Assembly (NCBI GenBank): GCA_010093815.1
Contig: ML996572.1
Source: Pseudovirgaria hyperparasitica
Lineage: Eukaryota
Length of the DNA stretch: 64,000 bases
Reading direction: 5' to 3' (one strand)
Made by a program: the position numbers and the translations under genes. Below, piece by piece: positions 23,117 through 36,599 of the stretch. Each line of letters opens with the position of its first letter. Position 1 is the first letter of the stretch. Under the pieces are notes generated by a model. It was not told the DNA's origin. It worked only from the letters and a program-made list of their open reading frames with translations, and did not search any database.

Positions 23117-25826
23117 CTAACTCCCCAGCTCAATCCTCCTCCCAAGCACACTCCTCGCCTCCGCCTCGCCCACAACCTCCAAGCCCAACTCCTCCAGCAC
23201 GCCACGCGCCTGCTCATTATCCGCAAACAGCCTCTTCTCCACCTGCCACAGGCCCAATCCAGACGCTGCCTCCTCACTACTATCACCACCACTACCACCA
23301 CCACTCCGAAAAGGCAGACCAAGCAGCAAGACGCCCTCGCGCAACTTGCGCAGGCCGGACTCTGCGACTGCACTGCTACCCGTACTACCACCACCACCAC
23401 CACCACCAACAGCCAAGTCAACAACTCTGCAGATAGACGCCACGTCAGCGCCAAGCTGTGCCGCGCCGGCAGTCGAAAAGGTGTGCTTGACCAGCACGCC
23501 GTTCCAGAGCGCCGTCTGCAGCGAGGCGAGCACCTGGCGGACGACTCGGCGGAGGGGCGCCTGGGCGACGGCGCGGGCGAGAAAGGTGAAGGATTCGCGG
23601 AGCGTGTGCAGCGTGGTGTCGAGCTCGGCGGTTGTCGTGGTCGTTGGCAGGGCCGATGTGCTGGGTCCGGAGGCTGGGAGCGTGCTCCAGGGGTTGATGC
23701 GCGTGTAGGGCCGCAGGGCCAGGGAGACTGCGTGATTGAGTGTCTCGACGATGATCTTCTCTGCGCGGACGCGGAGGCGCTGGTATGCGGACGCGGTTTC
23801 GTCAAAGAGGGCGCCGCCTTCGCCGTCGCTGCCGACTGTCGACGAGGTCTTTTCTGCTACGTCGGTGACGGACATGGCGGCTGTCGTCTTGCCTAGCGAT
23901 GCGCTGTTCCGCGCCCGATCTTGGAGCTCTTCCCAGAGCTCGAGGAAGAAGACGTCGTCGCTCCAGTCACGCATCGCGCGCTCGAGGTAGTCTGCGCTGC
24001 CGTACACGCGGCATAGTCGGTCTAGGCCCCCGACGCCTTTCAACGAGGAGTCTTCTTCGGCTGTCGTCCCTTGGAGGCTGCGACCCACGGTCGACGTCAG
24101 GGTCAGGTACGCCTCTAGCGCTTCGTGAAGTCGGGCGTGGTAGCTGTCGAATATGGAGATTTGAATGTCGATGAGGAAGCGCAGCTTCTGGGAGAATGAG
24201 GATAGAGGGCGGTAGCGCTCTGTGGGACGTCGTTAGCTCTCAACCGGCCATACTCCTACTCCTACACGCCAACCCAGATCTCACCGGTTATCGTCTCGAG
24301 CAAGTCGTTCACGCGGATGGCTGCCTTGGTCGGCTTCGTGGCGCCCGCATCCATGCTGTCAAAGTCGAGTTCTCCACTATCAGGTGACTGAATAATATCT
24401 CTGTATCGGGCGAGCGCAACTGCCCCCAACATGGGTCAACCATGGCACACACGGCAGGGGTCGGGCGATCGGGCAAAACACTCACAGTCTTTCTCAACTT
24501 GCAGCCACCGGCCGAAGAGGTCCATCTGCACAAGTACCTCCCACGTGATGCCTTTCCATCCTTCAATGCCATATCCCCCTTCGTATCTCCACTCATCTCG
24601 GATGGTCGTGTCAAAATTCATAAGCTCATGCATGTAATGACTCAGGAGCTGCGGCTGAGCAGCAGCACGCTGTATCGAAGAGAATACCTTGGTTCGGACC
24701 ATCGGTAACAGGGCCGTAATGAGGGCGGAGGTGGCATCGATGTATGCGGCGTTGAATGCCAAGTCGGTACCGCGGAAACGGTTGAGTAGCACAGGCTGCA
24801 CGTAGCTCACGATGAAGGTATTGTACGAGGCCAAGAGTGAGGTGACATGCGAGAGGAAGTATTCCGGCTTCTCCAGCCGGTTCGTCGGCCGATCTCCTTC
24901 AAAATGGTAGCGGAACCTCATTTCCAGCGGCAGCACCAACACCTCCAGCGGTAGCAATATTGTCGGACCCTTGTCGGAACCCTGTTTGGTCTTTGATTCT
25001 TCCTGTTCGAGAAGATCTAGTCTCTGCAAGTCCAGCAGCTTACCGACACAGTCGTCCCACTCGTCTTGTAGAGTCGCAGGTATCACCACGTCGGACTTGG
25101 GCCATCCGAGCTGATGCAGGAGCTTGTCCAGCTCTGTTGCGTACGACTCTTTGATCCGGCCGTACACATGCCGCACACGCTTCTGCACATCGTGTAGCAG
25201 ATGCGGAGCTGCTCCGTCCGCAGCGTCTTGTAAAGGGCCCAGTGTAGCAGCAAGAGTGCGGAGGCGACGATATGGCTCGAGTGCATCTTGCCCCGGGGTG
25301 TCCAGGAGACGGTCGCTCTCTTGACTATGGTTGGTCAGCACATGCCTGACATTGTGTCCTGATGCAAATTGTTGTACATACCTCAACGTGTCCACCTCTT
25401 TGAGCAAACCAACATAACCGGCGGCCACGTCGAGACGTTGTAGCTTCTGGAAGATGGCATCGAACTGCGGGACGGCGTCGTCGCTAGTCTCAGATTGCAT
25501 GACAATCTGAAGGCGGCGAGTGATATCATCCTGGACCTTGTTGAATTGCTCAGACTGGCGATGAAGCTGGATGGCGTGGTCCCGAGAGGCTTTCTTTGCA
25601 TCTTCCAATTCGCGGGTGGCATGGTCGAGCTAGGAGGGATGGTAAGTGGACGCGCGACGGGCGCATGAGCAGTCTTACCTACTTGGGACTTGAGCAAGCC
25701 ATATCTGGTCCTGACGTCGGTCAAGAGGGCATCAACGGTGGCCAGGTCAGCCGAGGTCTGCAGCTTGTCGTCGACATAATCAGCGACACGGACAGCGCAG
25801 TCTCCATCCGCAGCAGCAGCAGCCAT
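23117..25826 (-). CDS. TIP20: RINT-1/Tip20 family ER-Golgi tethering (Dsl1 complex) protein, multi-exon
   Basis: RVADYVDDKLQT; LLPLEVLVLPLEMRFRYHFEGDRPTNRLEKPEYFLSH; LSHYMHELMNFD; WLQVEKDFA; YRPLSSFSQKLRFLIDIQI; RVYGSADYLERAMRDWSDDVFFLELW. GT-AG introns near 25630-25685, 25325-25381, 24420-24485 and 24220-24285. Confidence 0.92.
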
Positions 25827-26178
25827 GTTGGTTGTCGTCGCGATTTGAGGAGGGGTGAGGGGGGGCGCAGTTTCGTGGGAGCAAGGCTGACGAGGGGAGC
25901 CGCTGGGGGGAAGCGAATGGCAATCAGCTGGACTGACCTGAACAGGACAGACGGCGTGTAGGTGGTGGTGGTGGTTTTGTTGTCGTGTTGTCGTGTTGTG
26001 TCGTTTGTGTATTTGGTCAGTCAGTCAGTCAGTAGTATATAATACGTCTAGCTAGGTAGTGGGTAATTAGTAGTTGTAGGGTGGGGCATCACATCCAAGA
26101 ATCTACCAGTACCAGCCAAGCCTCTCTCAACACCGCCGCCGCTGTTCAGTTTGCTCCCCCCGCCGAGAAGTCGCCTCT

Positions 26179-26216
26179 CAATAGGCTACAATAGGCTCTA
26201 ATAGGCTCCAATAAGG
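26179..26216. repeat. 10-bp tandem repeat (AATAGGCTMY) x3-4 in the TIP20/NOP9 divergent intergenic region
   Basis: caataggcta caataggctc taataggctc caataaggc. Confidence 0.8.
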
Positions 26217-27605
26217 CCCCCGTCTCCCCCAAAATGGTGGCCCCCCGCCCCCCAAGGATAGGCTGGTTACTACTGGTGGAGATGACCAGATTAACACAGG
26301 ACTCCAGGGCTATTAATTACTACTACCACTCCTCCTACTAATCACTCCTACTAATACTCCTACTACTAATTACTCCTAGGTCTAATACCAGCTACCATGC
26401 AAAGTCTGGTCTGGTAGATTGTAGATGCGATCGTGCCACGCTGCTGGCAATTAATGCCTGTCCACCGTTGCGATCGGGGCGTCCACATTCTGCCCTTTTG
26501 GCCAATCACTCGCCTCCATCTACCCTCTGCATTGTCTGCAGGGTGCGCTGGGCATTCACAGGCTGATCTGATGCTGATGCCGGTGCTGGATAGGATAGAT
26601 TCATGGCTAGATGGATCATCATCATCATCGTCATCAACGATCAACTGTGCTCTTCTCATCACGGCAAACCCCCTCGCCCTCTCACCCTCTCACCGTCTTA
26701 CCGTCTTACCGTCTCACCAGATCTTGACAGCATTCTTCTGGGATTACAAGATGCACTGCAAATCGACCAGTGCACTCACTCCCCCTTGCTCCATACCGCA
26801 TTTGTTCTTGTGTCCTTCATACTCTCTTGCTGTAATTCGTTGGCCATGTTCTGTCTTGTCCCTCGTACCACCCACGATCCATGAACTTCGAACAGGTGGT
26901 GGCTCATCATTCGAAATGACATACTGCATACCATATACCTATGCTACAAGACCTCTCTTCCCAGTCCGTCTCAACATCACCAGATCAAACACAATTCTGG
27001 AGGCCAATGTATTGTGTGTAGTAGCCTCACTTGCGCATGGAATGGTGGCCCAGTAGGGAAATGGTTAGTGCCCGTCTTGGGATCCGAACGGTCGCGTAGG
27101 ATTGTGTTCTAGAAGTCGCTTCTCGATGTCGACCCTCTGCATTCATCCACCGCCATCGAGAGTGAGAGAAAGTTGCACTTTTGCACTTTTGCACTTCTAC
27201 TCTGCCCTCTGCCCTTTTGCACTGCATTTCCAACAACCCGCCGCCTCTTACGCTCACTCCACTCACTCCGCCACGCCTGCACTAATCCTGCATCTGCGCG
27301 TCCGTGTCTTGTGTCTGTCTTTCGTCGTGTCTGTGTCTCGTCACCCATCCAACTTTTATCGCTCCGCTTGTCAGCTCGCTCAACTGCCGCCAATCCCTCA
27401 AACCAATCCTTCTCCCAAAACTTCCTTCCTACCATTCTTGCCTCGTTTACTCGTGCAAATACCGCTCTCTACTTCTTCCCGCCCTCGCCTTGCCTCTAAA
27501 CCCGGCGCTGATGTCGGTCGTCTAGAAGTTTTTATTCTTTTTTTTTTCACACTTCTCGCTTACCGCTCCGTGGTTCGCGCGCCCTCACTCCGTCCCCACC
27601 ACATC

Positions 27606-29810
27606 ATGCCGAAAGAGAACAAGAAGCGCGGCCGCCGCGAGGAGAAGAAGAGGAAGAGAGACGATGAAGACGAGGATGTCGAGGCTGTGCCTCGTACTAG
27701 AAAGAGTAGAAAGTCTGCCGACGATGCTTTTGCAGTGCAGCCCTCGCCTGCTGCCACCCATGACGTCGATGCTGCCAAACCTACAACCGAAGAAAATTAC
27801 TGGGTCGGACAGCTGGACGAGGAAGAGCAGGAGTACTTTCGTAGAGCTAGCGAAATGCTGGAGCTGAACCAGTTTTCAAATCCAGAGGAGCGCATGCTCT
27901 TTCTGGAGAACCTGCACAAAGAAGTGCACGGCAAAGAATTGAAGATCGCCCACAGCCAAGGCTGCTCAAGATTGATGGAACGACTCATACAACTGGCCAC
28001 TCCCGCTCAACTCAAGAGCCTCTTCCAGACCTTTATCGGAAAGTGAGTATCATGTCCGCACGTTTTGGCTTTGAGACATGCTAACAGCGATAGCTTTTTG
28101 AACATGGTACAGCATCGATTCGCATCCCACTGCTGCGAGGCCATATTCATCCATTCTGCCCCAGTTGTATCACACGAGATGCGTGAGGGATCTAAGACTG
28201 GTGCGCCATCGGATCCAAACGAAGTCTACGTCACCATGGAATCGCTCTTTCTCTATGCTGCAAACGAGCTGGAGGCCAATCTCGGCTATCTAATCACCGA
28301 TCGATACGCATCCCACCCGCTGCGTGTCTTACTGGTCGTCCTGTCTGGCATGCCACTCGAGCCGACAAGCCGACGCACCCTGTTACACAGCAGAAAGAAG
28401 GAGTCTAATGCAGTTGCCCTTGGTGCCGAGAACACTGAAACCGTCACACCCGAAGAGCGTGTCGTCCCGCAGCACTTCCTGGACGAAGCTCAGAAGATTA
28501 TCAAGCTCAGTATCTCAGGGCTCGAGACGACGTACCTGCGCGCCCTTGCAACGCATCAGACCGGCAACCCCATTCTACAACTGCTACTGCAGCTCGAGCT
28601 CTCCAAGTTTAGCAAGTCAAAAGTCGCCAAAGATGGTGAGACTCTCTTTCGTCGCTTGCTACCCGACGATGACTTCACAGAAGGCTCCGAGAGCGAGAGA
28701 TTTGTCAAAGGCTTGATATACGATCCTATCGGCTCCAGACTTGTCGAAACGATCGTAGAACATGCACCTGGAAAAGTGTTCAAGTCACTGTACCGCAGCT
28801 ACTTCAAAGACCGAATAGCTCAGCTAGCTCGCAATGACGTTGCTGGCTATGTTGTTTGCAAAGTGCTTGAGCGTCTGAGTAAAGACGATCTTGAAGAGGC
28901 TGTCAAGTTGGTCATACCACAGATACCCTCTTTGGTGGAACGTAATAGGACGTCTGTGATCAAGACACTTATCGAACGCTGCGTCGTACGCGACGCCGAC
29001 ACGGCCAGCCTTGCGACAGCGCTCGAAGCGTCATACGCCGGCAGCAATGGATTCGAAATTGCACGTCTGCTCAAGCTCAGCGAAGTCGCTTCCGAGTCAA
29101 CGATGTCATCGCCTCCGCCAAAGGCGTCGCAACAACATCGTGCGCCAACGTCAATGCCAGAGCGTCTCCACTCGTCTCTCCTCGCTCAGTCCATGCTTAC
29201 AGTGCCCGGCACGTTGTCCGATCTTGTATTCGACTCTCTCGCTCGGCTGTCTACTCCACTGTCAATTGCCCTCGCACGTGACCCGAGTGCATCACGCACG
29301 TTGCAAGCAGCCCTCAAGTCACCATCGGCGTCCCTCATCTTCCGCCGCAAGATGATACAACGGTTCTATGGCCATATCGGCGAGATGGCACTTGACCCTT
29401 CTGCATCGCACGTCATCGATGCTGTATGGGCCGGCACATCTGGCCTAGCTTTCATACGTGAACGGATCGCCGAAGAACTGGCCGAAAACGAAGCCGCTCT
29501 CCGCGGCTCCTTTGTGGGTCGCAATGTGTGGCGAAACTGGGAGATGGATCTGTATAAGCGACGCAGAGATACATGGGTGAAGCGAAGCCGCCAAGGGGCT
29601 GGTAACGATGGCTTCATGAGCTTCCCGGAGAAGAATGATGGAGCCGCAGATGCGAAGGAAGGGACAAAGAAGCATAAGAGTGCTCTGGAATTGGCGCGGG
29701 AAAGACATTTTTTGGACAAGAAGAAGAAGGACAAGGAGGAGCAGAAGAAGCAGAAGATTGGGAAGGAGCAAGAATCTCAGCCTCAGCCACAGGAAGCATC
29801 CGTTTCTTGA
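27606..29810 (+). CDS. NOP9: Nucleolar protein 9 (Pumilio-repeat 18S rRNA processing factor), 2 exons
   Basis: MPKENKKRGRR; GQLDEEEQEYFRRA..LELNQF; GKELKIAHSQGCSRLMERLI; HRFASHCCE; DRYASHPLRVLL; SHVIDAVW; FIRERIAEEL; GRNVWRNWEMDLYKRR. Intron about 28043-28093. Confidence 0.93.
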
Positions 29811-30401
29811 CACGATCGCTACTACATTCATTCATTCCGTACCGTCTTTCATTCTATCTCCACTCTGCCGCCACCAGCGCGCAGTTTTAACGAGTCGTTC
29901 CGCCCGACGCGGACGGATCTGTTGGGTCATGTGTTTGTCGAATTTCACGCATCTGCATGGCCACCGGCGTTCTACAAAACTGTCACCATACACAGAGGTA
30001 ACCTGGGATTCACCTATCAAAAAATCAATTCTTTATTTTTAGTTTTGTTCATATTCGTGATCTGATGCTGTCATTGCGCCTCAGGCTCGAAAGGAGCTTG
30101 TTGTTTCGTTATACGTGGCCGGGTGCTGATCGACTGCATGGAATCTGTAGACCCTACCTATGGTATCAGTGACGCTATAGGCACACAATACACTCGTCTT
30201 TTATGTCGGTATATACATGTTGGTGCTTTATGTGGTACATGTCCTGCTGTCGTCTATGCTACTCGATATTCCTTTTTTCTCTCAGATGGCCACCCGACTT
30301 GCTCTATTTACCCATCTCATATCCTACCCCATATACACACACACACCACTAACAACACGCTCTTTCCTACCCGTCTCGTCCCTTCAATCATCTCATCTCA
30401 T

Positions 30402-32285
30402 TCAATCACTCACCCTTCCCCCGCACATCCTCCCCAAAAGCTCCCTCCCCACCTCCTCCACCGCCCGCACAAACCCATCCACCGTCCCCGCCCTCGTCCC
30501 CGCATTCACAACAACCCTGACAAACTTCCCCTTCTCGCCCGGCGCATAGTCCACCATCCACCCGCGCGGCACTAAGCCCGCAATAAGCGCCTCCGTATAC
30601 GCCGAGTTCGCATCCGCGTCCGCCGACAGTCCGCCCGGCGCGTGGTGGAATGTTACTTGGAGACAGGGTGGGCTGGTTGGGGGTTCTGCTGGGAGTTTTT
30701 GGGGGGTTGTTGTGGTGGTGGTGGTAGGAGACGTGCTATACGGCACCATGACGAAATCGGGATGCGCGGCTAGGCGCGCGTGCAGTGCGGCGGCCGTGGC
30801 AAAGGCGCGGTCGAGCATGGCGGAGTAGTAGTCTAGGCCGTGGTACTGGAGGGCGAGGTAGAGCTTCAGGGAGTCGGCGCGGCGGCCGCATTGCGGGGTG
30901 AGGTCGGCGAGGTCGTAGAGGGTTGTTGCGGGGTTGAATTGGGCGTTGGAGGATGTGGGGTCGGTGTGGAAGAGGCTGTTTTGGTGGGTGAGACATGAGA
31001 TATATGAGAAGGTTGGTGGTTGAAGGGGGGGGGGAAGAGAGAGAAAACGAAGAAAAGGGGGATATCAAAAACTCACTATCCCGCCGGCAAGCTCATCGCC
31101 CTCCACACACACCTCAGATCCCGCACGACCAGGAACGAACACGTCATCGGCACCTGCAGCATCTTATGCGGCGTCACAGCCACGCTATCCGCCCGCTCAC
31201 AGCCGCGCAACCGACTCCCGCGCAGCCGCTCGTTGAACACCACCCCGCCGCCCCAACTCCCATCCACATGCATCCACACGCCATGCCGCCCACACACATC
31301 CGCTATCCCCTCAAACGGATCGAAGCTGCCCAGCACCGTCGTGCCGGCCGTCGCGTTGACCAAAAACGGTGTTTCCCCAGCCTGTTTTGCGGCGCTGATC
31401 ATGGCGTCTAGCGCGGCGGGTTGCATCCGGCCGTGTGTGTCGACGGGCACGCAGCGCACGGCATCCCGGCCGAAACCGTACATTTGCGCGGCCTTTTCGA
31501 TGCTGTAGTGCCCGTGTGCGCTGGTGAAGAGGACGAAGCGCCGGCCTGCATTGCCCGTGTTTTTCGTCTCGGGAAATAAGGTGTTTCGCGCGACGACAAT
31601 GGCAGAGGCGTTCGAGGCGCTGCCGCCGGGCTGGCTGATGCCGCCTGCGAACGGACACGCGTCAGCATCACCACCACCACCGAAGAAAAGACGGGCGAGC
31701 AGGGCGGTAGTGTGTTTCTCGACGAGCGTGAGCACGGGCGAGACGGCGTAGACGTGGGCGTTTGTGTTGAGGACGGCGAGGAGGAGTTCGGCGGCGAGGC
31801 CGATGGCGTTGGTGCTGCTGTACAGCTTGTCCATGAAGCCTTGGTCCCAGGTGTTGACGGAGTAGCGGAGGATTTGGGCTACGGAGGCGAGGAGGCCGGG
31901 TTTGCGGGTGCCGGTGCGCGGGATGCTGAGGTTGAGGAGGGATTTGAGTTCTTCCGGGGGGTGGTGTTCTACGAGGACGGTGCGGGGTGGGTTGGCGGTT
32001 TCGTTGTTTGGGGTTTGGGGCTTGGTGGTGGTGGTTGTGGTTGTGGTCATGGTGTTTGCGTGGTCGTCGGCGGCGCGGATGAAGGGGATGATGAGCTCCA
32101 TCATGGAGGTTAGGAGCTGTGTGGTGGTGTTAGAATACAAGGGGGGTCTAGGGTGTGGTGTTTTGCTTGGTACGCACATCTTCGACTTCTTCTGCGCGCT
32201 GTAGGGGTGGCTCCTGGTCGAGCTCTGCATGTGCATGTGCATGTGCATGTGGTGCTGCATGCTTGCTAAATCCGTTGGTCGCCAT
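30402..32285 (-). CDS. Group II PLP-dependent decarboxylase (glutamate decarboxylase/CSAD-like), 3 exons
   Basis: Start MATNGFSK...QRAEEVED, intron 32117-32177, LLTSMMELIIPFIRAAD; SVNTWDQGFMDKLY; PGGSASN; SAHGHYSIEKAA; ATAGTTVLGSFDP; HVDGSWGG; PLP lysine in TPHKML; DLADLTPQCGRRADSLKL. Confidence 0.92.
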
Positions 32286-32798
32286 GGTTCTATATACAGT
32301 ATACTAACGAGGTACTATCTGATGATGATGATGATGCCGAGAGCGAGTGAAGGTCAGAAAAAAGAAACAGAATATATAGTAGTGATTTTTTGGATGAAGC
32401 ATCAATCCACCCGGTGAGAATTTTCTGGTGTAACGTCTGTCATCCTGGGGTAAAATTTCGCAATTCTATAATTAATCTTGTGACGTCGGCGGTTCGGAAG
32501 CCCTAGCCGGTTCGGCTCCGGTTTTTCCTGACCAATCATGATCGAGGACCCCCGGAATGCTCGTATAATCTTGTGACATTGAGAAAGAACACGATGTAGT
32601 AGATGATGTAGATGAAGAAAGGTTTTGTCAGAATTTGAAAGGAGAGTGTCGATAGTGGCCAGTGAGACAGCTTCAACATACATGAGCGGATTGACCCCGT
32701 ACCCCCTTGGAACCCTGGTCCACGGTAAAGTAAGTCAAAGAAATACCTACGAGACTCAATCGCTCATAATACCCTACCTGTAGACCTCATGCCACGTA

Positions 32799-33601
32799 TT
32801 ATGACCCCCCAGTCAGGCCTTTCTCCTTCCTCAGCTCCTCCCATTCGTCTCTACACATCCTGAAGACCACATCATCACAAAGCACACCATCCCGAGTGAC
32901 GAAAGCATGCCGTATCACACTTTCCCTCAAATACCCAACCTTCTCAAAGCATCGGAAGCTCGACGTATTCGGCGACAACACCCCGCCCCAGAGCCGGAGA
33001 TACCCAAAGGCTTCAAAGGCCCAGTCCGTGAAGCCGGCAAGCACCTCCGTCATGATCCCCTTGCCCCAGTACGGCTCGCCGACCCAGTACCCGATCTCCG
33101 CCGTTCGTGCGCCAATGTCACTCCCGGGCTTCAGACCGATGGACCCGATACAAGAGTGAGCTTCGCCGGGTTCCGGGGCCGAGAAACGAGGAGTCACGTC
33201 ATCGTAGTCGCCTGGTCTGACGCAGATTGCGAAGTTGTACTGCGTTGGGGCGGACAGACACATGTTGAGCCACGCATAGCCCTTTGCAATCGTGTAAGGC
33301 GACGGGAATCCAAGAGTCATGTATTTGACCACCGCGGCGTTGTTGCCAAAGTGGGACATTGAGAGCGCGTCATATGGGTGGTAGACTCGGACATAGCAAG
33401 ACTTGAGCTTGAGTAGCGGCTTCGGGGGGAAGTTGTAGTCGACGATGGCGTTGGGTTGGTTGGCTTCCTGGGCTCGTCAATTGTGTGTTCATTCTTGTAT
33501 TGCGCAAAGAAGCTCACAGTCGGTTGTGCGGGCAGTAGTGGGACTGCCGGGCCCTGAGCAGCTTGCACCTGTGCGGCTTGCCCTTGGAGTTGTTCTGACA
33601 T
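32799..33601 (-). CDS. GNAT acetyltransferase, RimJ/RimL-like
   Basis: Exon 1 MSEQLQGQ...QPT, GTGAGC...CCCAG intron, exon 2 ...KSCYVRVYHPYDALSMSHFGNN...FPSPYT...IGSIGL...AEIGYWVGEPYWGKGIMTE...NTSSFRCFEKVGY. Confidence 0.88.
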
Positions 33602-34567
33602 CCTGTGCTCGGATATGAGAAAACTAAGGGCCACTCTATACGAATGATTGTAAAATGAAGCCTTGGTCACGAATAGCGGTCAGTTGGATGTCTTTATGTA
33701 TATGAGCGCAGAGATGCGTCTGTTGAGTCACGGTGTTGCTCTTGATATACGAGTGTTCAGCCGAATGTCACCATTTCCAGTGTCTGCCTCAATGCAACCC
33801 AGGCGGGGCTGAGTAGCCTTGCAACTTGTGGGGGCCTTTTGCGTTCGCGGGCATTTGATAGTTTGGAGTCAGCCTGGATTTCAGGGACTGACTCACTGTG
33901 GTTTACCTGCAAATGACAATATAGATGTGACTCAAGGGGGTGATGAAGATTGACTCCGTTCAACCAACATGGCCTTTCGTTATCGATAAGAGGACATGGT
34001 CACGTGGTGATCCCAGACATCTCACGCACGGATGCTTCGATGACTTCTTCAGGTGGACTGATCGATCGCAGATTCTCCTCGTCTAAGTACGGTCATGACA
34101 GTCAAACCACAGCATTCCTTTACTCGTTCGAATCGGTCAGTATAAGTAGGGCCATGGTGACACCTTTAGCACACCAGCCAGTTGGCAAACTCAAGGCCTT
34201 GGCCGTACCAACTCATCTCCGAGCCAAGTTACCAAACTACGCTCTATTCTCGTGTAGAACTCCCAAAGGTCGCGGATAGATCGGACAACATCGCATAGCC
34301 AAGCTCTTCAAGCCTGCAATGAGCCTGAATGAGGACCTATAATACATTCCGTCTGGATGGATCACGTGCCATTGTCAGCCTCGCCGCGCGGCGACGAGCG
34401 GCACCGCGTCCAGGCCGATCCATCTCACGTTCAGTGTGGGCCGGGGGCGAAGAACAAAACGTCTTCATCGCCATCTCATCAAGCCTTGTCATGGTTTTGA
34501 AAAGTCTCTGATATGACCGAGAGAGCGTCACAAAGCTCTGTGTCCATATTCCTAGGCAATATCCATA

Positions 34568-36599
34568 ATGGCGTCCCATGCCTCGAGCTCCACGAGAGCC
34601 AATGACTCGCGCGATGATATAGAAGCGTCAGCTTCATCTCGCAGCACCGATTCGAAGGCATATCCGATGATCAAGATCGAAACCACCGACGGCCCTATTC
34701 GATCCAGCCCTACGGATAATAGTTCCCAGGGATCCTCGTCGACAGACTCCGGCACCCGGACTCGGTCCGATTTCGAGAGACTACCGCTCTTTGCGCAAAA
34801 AGCTACGAGACGGGCGCAACAAGTCTCGCAACCCGTGACCGGACCTCTTGGAAAGGCCTGGAGATGGATTCAAGGTCCGGCGGATGCGCGTCGATACCGC
34901 ATGGAGAAGGGTTTTCTAGGGAAAATACAGTTTTATCCAATCGCGGTGCGCAATCGTTTACTTCCCGGACGACGTCCGAAAATACTTGCGCTTCTAGCCT
35001 ACTACATCCTATGGATGTCTCTCTTCGTTCATATTTTACGCCAGGCATATACCGTAAGAAGTGTTGGAAGATTTGGCACACCAACCACCTTGAGTTGCAC
35101 AAGTCGATTATGGTAATGAGTTTCCAGTCTTTGAGCGTCTGCATACTTACATCTACAGGGGTGACGGACTCACGTGTGGTATCAACGGCGAGACTTGCCG
35201 GCCATTCGAAAACAATACGTGGCTGTTCCGCTGCCCTGCTGGCTGTCTTGACACCATGGTATTGAATCCTTATACAATAGGTGACCAAGAAATCAACTAC
35301 CGCTCACTCGTCGTCGGTGGCGCTACCGCCGACGAAGAAGCGTTCAACTATCGAGCAGACTCTTTCATCTGCGGCGCTGCCATTCATGCTGGCGTCATCA
35401 CGGATGGTAGTGGTGGTCTCGGGCTCATCTCCATGATTGGAGAGAAGACGTCTTACCCAGACACCACTAGTAATGGGATCTCGAGTGTGGGCTTCAATGG
35501 AAGCTTTCCTTCTACGTTCACATTCGATCGAGACCCGGTACTGGCTGACTACCAAGACGGGTATGATGATCCTCAATGGCGCCTCCTGGGTGTGTCTGTA
35601 ACTTTTACCGCAATCCTTTCGTTGTTCACCACATCAGCACCTGTATTCTTCGCATCTGTATTCTGCGCCGGATTTTTCCAGGTCGGTTTGGCATCCAACC
35701 CACCCGAGGCTATCGACTTTAACACCTTGGTCTCCATTGCGTTCAGCAGATTCCTACCAGCTGCTTTTATGATGGCCATCATGTATCGAATCAGTATTAA
35801 GAAGTCCTTGATTGGGCTTGAAGCCCAGATTGAGAAGACTGTCCTCTGGATCGGAGGCTTCTGGGTAGGGTCCCTTGCTCACTACACTACGGAGAAAATA
35901 CCTATCCAGCGACTCACGCCTCACGACCTGAACCAGCAACCTGGTGCTATTGCCGCATTGGTTATCATCATCATTGTCTTGGTCGCCATAGTCTTGCTCC
36001 AAGCATGGAATTTCCGACTTGAAGGTCGCCTACCGCGCTATCTAGCATTGTACATTACTCTCGGTGTAACCATACTGTTACTACTCGCGATACCGGGTCT
36101 AAATCTCCGCATCCATCACTATATTCTAGCTCTACTACTCCTTCCAGGCACAGCAATGCAGACACGGCCAAGTCTACTCTTCCAGGGGTTTCTTGTTGGC
36201 TTATTTATAGACGGCGCAGCGCGTTGGGGCTACGCCAGCATCCTCGAGACCTCCGCCGCTCTCCGAGGCGATGCTCAGTTGGGCAGTCTCCTACCTGCAA
36301 TCGCCACGCCACTCGTGAACGGTAGCAATATCACCTTCACGTGGGACAGGCCGACACGCGGATATGACGGCGTGAGTGTCTACGTGAACGACGTTGAGCG
36401 GTTCAGGGGATTCCAGGACGACAACATGGATTCATTCAGCTGGACGCGCCATGTTGAGGGACTGCCTGAGTACTTTAGATTTGCATTCATCGCGTTTGGC
36501 AAGATACAGGGTGTTGCCGTGGCGGATTATACGAAGGCGGGGATCTGGCATCCGGATGGGAGTTGGACGCAAATGGCCGCGGGCGCGAGTCGGGCATGA
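34568..36599 (+). CDS. LCCL domain-containing multi-pass membrane protein, 2 exons
   Basis: LSCTSRLW-intron-GDGLTCGINGETCRPF..FRCPAGC; LCCL core YRADSFICGAAIHAGVI..GG; several TM helices; LRIHHYILALLLLPGT; SVYVNDVERFRG. Confidence 0.88.

Noticed and set aside
11219..25826. VPS41-LST7-TIP20 as an endomembrane functional cluster
   Set aside because: They belong to different complexes, are interspersed with BNA6, and show no shared regulatory evidence; chance adjacency is plausible.
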